From assembly GCA_025558095.1 (NCBI GenBank), contig JAIVFI010000006.1:310001-374000 (forward strand): a stretch of 64,000 bases of DNA, given 5' to 3'. Position numbers and translations under genes: made by a program. The stretch is from Hyaloraphidium curvatum SAG 235-1. Its lineage: Eukaryota > Fungi > Monoblepharomycota. Of this stretch, positions 56,834-64,000 are shown one piece after another (the stretch's first letter is position 1; the number at the start of each line of letters is the position of its first letter). The notes under the pieces are model-generated. The model was not told where the DNA came from, did not search any database, and saw only the letters and a list, made by a program, of their open reading frames with translations.

Positions 56834-59800
56834 ATGCCATCGGTGCCGCGTGTCCCAGCACGGGGCGGGATCCTGCGGGTCGTGGCCTGTTTCCTCGTCT
56901 TGGCGTGGCTAGCCCCTCAGGCCTGCGCGGCACAGGAGGTCATAGCAAGCTGGAACTTCGATTCCACTGCACTCGCCGCCAATGTGACTCACGGCTCGGT
57001 GTCAAGCGCCGGGATTAGGCAGCGCTCCACGAGCTGCGTTGTCGCCGCCCGGAGCAGCATCCAGAACAACTGGGTTGCGATGGTCATCGCCGAAAACAGC
57101 ACCGAGTCCGAGACTAATTCCTGCGGTTTCGATCTCGCCGTGACGGTCAATACGGGATCCAGCTTCAACTTTACGCGCCTCGATTTGGGAGTCGGAGGAT
57201 ACTCCGACACCTTTGGGGCGACCTCGCGGTACATTGCGGTCTACGCCTTGATATGCAGATCCACCTCTGTCCTTATCTCTTCCGGAGTGCCTACGGGCCC
57301 ACCAAGCTCGTGCAGCAGTTCCTCCTACCAGGCCATCGTTCCCTGGAGGTTGCTGAACGAATACTACCCGCCGAACTTCGAGAGTGTCACCGCAAGCGTC
57401 TCAGCAAGCTACCCAAAAGCCGTAGCCGGCGATACGCTCTACCTTCGGTCGGGGAACACTTGTTTTGGTCCATCTTGCGAAGCTCACGATGGCCCGGCAG
57501 CTTCTACGTCGCGATCTCTCCGAAATCCGCAGGATCACCAACTCTTGACACCAGTGATGCCGTCGTCTATGACTACATCAACGTCCTGGGGGTCGGCAGT
57601 AGGTCGCGGACCGTTTTGCCCCCGCCGACGCTGCCTCATCCGGATGCACAGCGGTCTCAACTTCGACGACTACGAGGACAAGAACGGCCACGCCCACGAG
57701 CACCACCAGCGCCACGTTGACGTCCAGCACAACCACTTGGACCACATCGGAGACCCGCACCTCGAGCACGGTGCGAGCTTCTGTCATGCCTTGCGGTTCT
57801 TGCTGAGCTTCTCGCATTGCCAAACATCCCAGACGCTCACCTCATCCACAACGAGCTTCACGGCGACGTCATCCGCCACTACGTCTTTCACGTCGACATC
57901 GGTGATCTGAGATGCAGGGCGCTGTTCGGGCTCATTGCTCATGTCCCGCTGTGCCGCAGCTGACCCCCACCACGTCGACCACGCTGTCTACCACCTCTCT
58001 TTCAGAGACCACGAGCACGACTAGCTTTACCGAAACCACGTCCTCTCTGTCTCAAACCACAACGTCCCTCACCCAGACTTCAACCTCGTTGACCCAGACG
58101 TCGACCTCGCTTACCAGCTCAACCACCAGCGAATCCTTAACGTCCACTACGAGTTCGGAAACTCAGGTTGCGCAGATTGCGTTTTTGGTATTGCTGCGCT
58201 GATGTCTTGTTTTGCAGACCTCGAAAACAACCTCGCAGTCGACATCCACCAGCGCGACGACCACCACTTTGACGTTCACGCCCTCGTCAACGACGTCGGA
58301 AACGTCTTCTACCACCTCCCAGTCGACTTCGACGAGCCACACAAGCTCCACGACCTCGCAGTCGCTAACCAGCACCACCACTTCTGCATCGGTTTGTTGA
58401 AAGCCTCGACCTTTTGTGAATGTTCGCCCTCACTTATGCCCGTACCTCCCAGTGGACAACATCCACGACAAGCCGCTCACGGTCCACAACGTCTCTGTCA
58501 CTTACAAGCTCAACGACGTCGGAGTCGGTTAGTGTCAAATCGCACGCCGGAGATGGGGCACTCTGATGCATGCACCGCAGCTGACGTCCACCCAGTCGAC
58601 TTCGACGAGCCGCACGAGCTCCACGACCTCGCAGTCGCTAACCAGCACCACCACTTCCGCATCGGTTTGTTGAAAGCCTCAGCCTTTTCTCAATTGTGGG
58701 GGCTCACTCTTGCACGTGCCTCCTCAGCGGACAACATCCACGACAAGCTGCTCAAGCTCCACGACTTCAGAATCGGTAAGTGTCCAAGCGCACGCCAGAG
58801 CATGCCGACTCTGACGCATGCATCGCAGCTGACGTCCACCACGACGTCGCCGACGAAAAGCACATCTTCGGCGTCCAACACCGTGGGTGGACAACCATCT
58901 CCGCTTGCCTTTGCATAATCTTCCCAGAAAGCAGCTCACCAGCTCTACCACGAGCTTCAGTCGCACTTCATCGTCTACGACCTTCACGGTTGGTTGCCTT
59001 GCACGGATGAAATCTGCATGCGCTAAGCGTTTCGCAGCCTTCTACCACGGCGTCGAGAACAGGAACGAGCAGCACGCTAACTGCCACAAGCACGTCCCGC
59101 TCCGCATCCGGGACCAGGACCGAGACCGAGACCGTGACTGAGGCCTTGACGACGACGAGAACAACGTCGGAGACCGAAGCATTGGTATGTGATGTTCGCG
59201 CCGCTTGGCTAGGTCGATTCATGGTTAATCACTGGACAGACCCTGACAAGTTCCACCGCATCCGAAAGCACCACGCAGACCACCACCAGCGACGTTGAGC
59301 TGTCGCCATCAGAGACGATTCCAAGTACAACCAGCTTTTCGATGACCTTCACGAGCTCAATCTCAGCGACTCTAGAACAGACGTCTAGCCTGACACTCGC
59401 TTCGCCATCGGAGGTTTGTTTACGACCGTTTCGTCGCATTGTGCTGCCGTCGAGTTACAATCTTCTGCTCCTCCAGGCGGCATCCACTGCTCCGGTCAGC
59501 GACACGTCAACTGTCACCTCGGAGACCGAGTCGTTCACCACGTCATTTGAAAGTGTGCGTACATGCCGCTGGAACCAGTTGATTTGGTAAATTTTGCGAC
59601 TGACGTTCAACAGACCACCGAGTCAGCAAGCACTAGCAGCTCGCAAGGAAAGACATCCACCAAATCCGAAACTTCTTCCGAGACTTCGACGACCAAGACC
59701 GAAACGGAACGGGTCTCGTCTTCGACTTTGACCAGAACAAGGCTCGCTCGTACATCCACAACAACTGCTTCGCAAATCACATCGTCTTCCAGCTCGACCA

Positions 59801-61000
59801 CACAATCGGCGACAGTGAGTTTCAGTTGCCCGCTGATGTGTTTCCCTTCGCATAACCGGGCATCTTGTCAAACAGGTGACTTCGTCAGCGACCCCGTCCA
59901 TGACCCCGCGGTTTGTGCGCTTCACATACCGACATCGTGATGGGTCCACTTCTGGCCTTGTGTGCACCATCAGCGAAGGATGCGCTTTGCTCCGAAACGC
60001 CTCGTTTGCTACGGCATGGACGGCACGGTGTCCCAGCGGTCAGGAAAACTGTGGCGAAGGCCGCTTACTGGACTCGAATCCCGTCATCGGCGGCCTTCGG
60101 CGGCGGTCCGATGATCACGGTTGTCTCAAAACCGAAGTCGACATCACGAGTGGCCTCTTAACAAACGGAACCAATGCGCCCTTCGTAATTCAGCCGTGTC
60201 CCGAGGACCTAGCTGATGGGAGCTTCGCCTGGAAAGTGCCGGATGGCACCGGTCCTATTGTGAACCAACGGTCGACGGAACTGGGCGCTTTTGCCGCTTC
60301 CGGTGGGTTGTGCCTCGACGCCGCTGATCCGGATGTTGGCCCGGAAGGCGGAGGCGACGTAAGTCAGGCGCTGAAGATCGCTTCGATCCGATCTGAGCAC
60401 ACGATGGCAACAGCTGCTTGGTAGACCGTGCAACGCCGTGGCCACAGATGTTTGGGTTGCGGAAGATCTCGGGTCGAACGCTTGGGAACCTGTGGGTTTT
60501 CCGCATGACTTGTCCGCTGCTGCTAAGCCCTCCGTCAGAGCACTCCTCTCCCCGTCGCGGCAATTGTTGGCGGTGCAGTGGGCGGAACTGTGGTGCTTGC
60601 AACGGCGCTCGTAGCCGGCTTTGCCCTCTTCCGCGGCGCCGCGAAGCAACCGCGGGAGACGACGGCAGCATCTGTTCCTCATGCAGTGCGTGGAAGCACA
60701 TCGCCGGACAGCCCTTCAATGCGATCATCAGCTCACGACGACGATGTCGACGGCATGCAAGCTGCGCCGATCCAATCACAGGTTCTGGAGACCGTCATCG
60801 AAAATGAGGTCGACGACGGGGGTCCTTTGAATGACGAGTATGGCATCCCCTCGAACGAGCAATCCGCCGATTGCGCGTATCCCGTCGAGCCCGTGGGGGA
60901 GGAGCTTGAGGGCGCCTTGCCAGCACAACCACCCGAGCCCTCACCATCCAGCGCTGACGGCGAGGCTGCATCGCACTACATGGCATTTGCTTCAGTTTGA
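56834..61000 (+). CDS. Mucin-like type I surface protein: N-terminal beta-rich domain, Ser/Thr stalk, ricin-B-like domain, TM, acidic tail; about 18 exons
   Basis: Signal peptide (..LVLAWLAPQACAA). 17 GT-AG introns traced by hand keep one frame. GLCLDA, VIQPC and RPC...VW ricin-like motifs; TM VAAIVGGAVGGTVVLATALVAGFALF. Confidence 0.75.
58318..58840. repeat. Tandem duplication of an exon-intron-exon-intron module (273-bp offset)
   Basis: 58318-58590 and 58591-58840 share near-identical exon sequence and intron ends (GTTTGTTGAAAGCCTC; CTCTGA.GCATGCA.CGCAG CTGACGTCCAC). Confidence 0.9.
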
Positions 61001-61230
61001 TCATCTCTCGGACGAATTTCTGGGTCATGCAGTATATGTGTCGTAGTCGTTATATGACTGTCCTTGCTTCTCATCGCCCCAGAGCGTTCATCGTAGGTCA
61101 CTATGGATCATCCCCTTCTGGTCCCGTCCACGACGAGATGCGGCAAAGGTCCGTTCCCGGGGCGTTGCTTTGAGGAGACTAGCTTGCGAGCCTCACTCGG
61201 TCAACAAACAATCAACATCACCACACAAGA

Positions 61231-63923
61231 ATGGACCCGTGCCGCGTCCTGGAAGGGCTGCTTTCGCAGTACCTGTCAGTGGACGACGCATCGGTCCATA
61301 AAGATCTGAGAACGGTGCTCAGTGTGCTCGTGGGGCAGAATCTGCTGCGAAGGGCCGCCGATGCCGCTTCGACAACGGACGGAACCGGACACCTGGGCAA
61401 GAGGCGACGTGCAGCCGAAACAGCACTGTCTGGCCCCCGTAGGACAGAAGGAAGCTCTGTTTCCGCTTGGAGCAGTGTCCAGTCCAAGTGGACTACTAGA
61501 GTCGCGTCGCTATGCAGCTCGGACGTGACCTCGGCGCGGCTCGCCGGACTCAGTCTTGCTTCCGCATCGGCCGATCAGCTTCCGCATCTCGTTGAGACTC
61601 AGTTGGCAACGTGGTCTTCTTCCGGTCTGGCGACTCTGAACGTGGGTGCCAGGGCCTCTACGTTTGTGTCGGGGCCTACTCACGCTGTCTGGAACAGCGT
61701 CCGACCACCAAAGCCGCCAAAGCGTTTGTCGTGGAGGCGCTTTCGGCTCTGTACCGGTCGACCAAGGCGTTTCCCGATGTCACCCGCGCGGTGACTGCCA
61801 CGCACGTGCCCAAGTTCCTTGCGACGGCCCTGTCAATCGTTCGGGCGGATGCGTCCCTTGCACCTCGATGCCTTCACGCCATGGGCAGCCTGATGGCTGT
61901 GCATCCTGGCATCTGCAAGCTAGCTATCCAAAGCATCCAAACCGGGTGCCTGGAGCTCGTCGAGCGCGCAGCAACGACGGAGGACGCTGGTATCGCCATC
62001 CGAATTCTTTCGCAGACGGTGGGCCTGTTGGGTAGAGCCGGTGCGGCGGAGGCATGGTCGTCCATGGCTGAGAGAGCCCTGGGATCTTGCCACGATGAGC
62101 TTGGGGCCCTGCTGCAATGTGTGCAGGAAGGTAGCGTTCAAGCGCCCGGTAGCTTGGTGTTTCCTGACTGAAGGTTCGCCAGAGCAAGCCCACGCCGTTT
62201 ACACAGGCGAGCTGCTGTTGCCTCGCCTTGACGACGGATCCGATGAGGAGCTTTTTGCCCTTTTGGAACGTCGTCTTGCGCGAGTTTCATGTTTTTTGCT
62301 CCTTCTCTCGAATCTCTATGAACTCGAGCTCGACGTCCATGTGCGGACTCCGGCCGAACGAACTCTGGCACTCCTCTCGAGGATTTTCGCCGTGTCGCCA
62401 GCAACTGCACCAAAGTCGGCAGGCTACAAGCTGGAAGCTACAGTGCTTATTGGGTCACTGCCGCGACTCTATCCTTTGTGCACGGAGCTCATGATTGCGA
62501 TGTGTTCACGGTGCGCGAGCAGTTCCCTTCCATCCTCGGTTCCGGTCTGATATCGCCATCGCTCGCTCAGAATTCGCGATCTGGTGCTGCAATGTTCATC
62601 GGTAACTCGCAATCTCATTCGGCGAATCATTGGGTTTTCCGATGAGAAACCGTGCGTACTTATAAGGCTTTGCATGCGGTCCATTTCTAAAGCACTTTCC
62701 AAACTCCAGCCTCCTTCGCCATGCTGCGTACACGTTGGTGGAGAAGGTGGCGATGGAGGCGGGCGTGGGTTGCCTTTACGTCGTCGTCGACACCATATTG
62801 GAGTCAGTTCTTGGGGATCTTGGACTTATTGCAAACAGCGTTGCGGCCCTTCAGCGCGACACAGAGGCCCGCTTGTCAGCAACGGATGTCGGTGGGAAAC
62901 GATCAGCGGACAAGGGGTCAGCGACTTTAGCCGCAGGTCGACCAAGGTTGTGTCAGCGCTCGGTGAAGACTGGAGTGCTAGCTGCGCGTGCAGCAGCCGC
63001 CTTGGTCGCGTGCATGGGCACGGCGCTCGATAGCGAGCTGCGCGCTGAACTGGATTCGCTGGTGACCTCTATGCTATTTCAAGCTACCGATCAGCTTCCG
63101 TCCGAGCTTGCTGTGGAGCTTTTACGCTACTGTTCCATTTCATGCTGCTGCAGTGGTGCTGCGCTTCCGAGCCATCTCACGTCTGCGGCGCAGCTTACTC
63201 TGTCGGGATCGCATAGCGCAATACCCGAGGTGCGTCTCTCTTTTGCAAGGGTTCGAAATTCGCAACCCACATACCATTCAGATACGAGCGACGTCGAATG
63301 ACATCGTGTTGCGGCTCGATCCGCTGTTCCGGCCCAGATTACCACCGCTGCAGCGCGTCGAAGAGGCCAATGCGTACGGCGTGGCCCCTACTCCCGCTGT
63401 CACTTCGCAGTCGTTGCAGGCAACAGAGGCGTTCGGTCTCCCGTCTTCGCTGAACGCAGTCGCCTTAGCGACCGCGGATCCAGAGACCAGCCTCGGGACA
63501 CCGGCGCAACCGCGGGGGGGAAAAGGACCGGATCCCGATCGAACCGAAGTCGGCGGGCAGCCGTTGCCGCCGTTCGACGCTGGAGAGCAGCTCGCAGGGA
63601 CGAGGGACGGTCGTTCCAGCGCCATTGCTCGGGCAAACGGTCCGCAGACAAACAGAGGCACTACGGGGTTCGCCGAGGCGTCGAGCATAGAGCTGGATGT
63701 CGCTCGTCCCGCTTTTTCGACTCAAACGCCCCTGGTTGCCACGGAGCTCACGAAGCCCGAACCAGTCAAGCCAGCCTCCGGAGCAGCGGCCAGTCACCGA
63801 GAGCGAGCCGGCATTTCCTTTGCGGACGATGACTCGGATTCGGACGTGATTCCGGACATTGTGTTGCACGGATCGGGCGATGATTCGGACGAAGGCGAAG
63901 ACCGGGATGAGATGGCGGACTAG
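61231..63923 (+). CDS. RIX1: Rix1/PELP1-like ribosome biogenesis factor; multi-exon
   Basis: KWTTRVASL..ARLAGLSL, FPDVTRAV.ATHVPKFL, LDPLFRPRLPPL, acidic C-terminus DSDVIPDIV. Confidence 0.72.
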
Positions 63924-64000
63924 CTCAATTGAAAATCCGTGTTCGGATACCTCAAGCTCCCATGCACAAGACTTTCGCGTCGATCCGCATCAATCTTCGC

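Overview
This is eukaryotic, GC-rich, very gene-dense nuclear DNA with short (~50-120 nt) spliceosomal introns. About 31 protein-coding genes were reconstructed by eye. I saw no rRNA, tRNA, CRISPR array or recognisable transposon. Fungal-type genes (CWH43 with fused Frag1 and EEP domains, Cdc4, Tim50, a Mid2/Wsc-type TM segment) sit beside genes absent from budding yeast (TMEM43, a Kv channel, PP2A B'', a CENP-E-like kinesin with a CaaX box). This points, by inference, to an early-diverging, probably zoosporic chytrid/monoblepharid-like fungus. Most genes are housekeeping: mitochondrial (PPR, NDUFS6, USP30/Ubp16-like, bL19m, Tim50, mS29/DAP3, mL50), ribosome biogenesis (Esf2, Noc4, Rix1), trafficking (Snf8, Arl1), plus a septin and Fip1. 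The most unusual elements are: (1) a 17-intron surface receptor/adhesin whose Ser/Thr stalk is built from symmetric phase-0 exons, including a recent exon+intron tandem duplication; (2) an intronless convergent pair of membrane-anchored bacterial-type modifying enzymes (sulfotransferase and TylF O-methyltransferase); (3) a UBZ4 + MgsA-like helical protein lacking the ATPase; (4) a CS-Sel1-tail-anchor protein; (5) a hidden 75-aa three-exon microprotein and a 69-aa stand-alone RING; (6) a hidden CaaX tail on the kinesin; (7) a sawtooth C-to-G strand skew that appears to reset at introns. All exon boundaries are manual predictions, and family calls come from motif recognition, not database searches.
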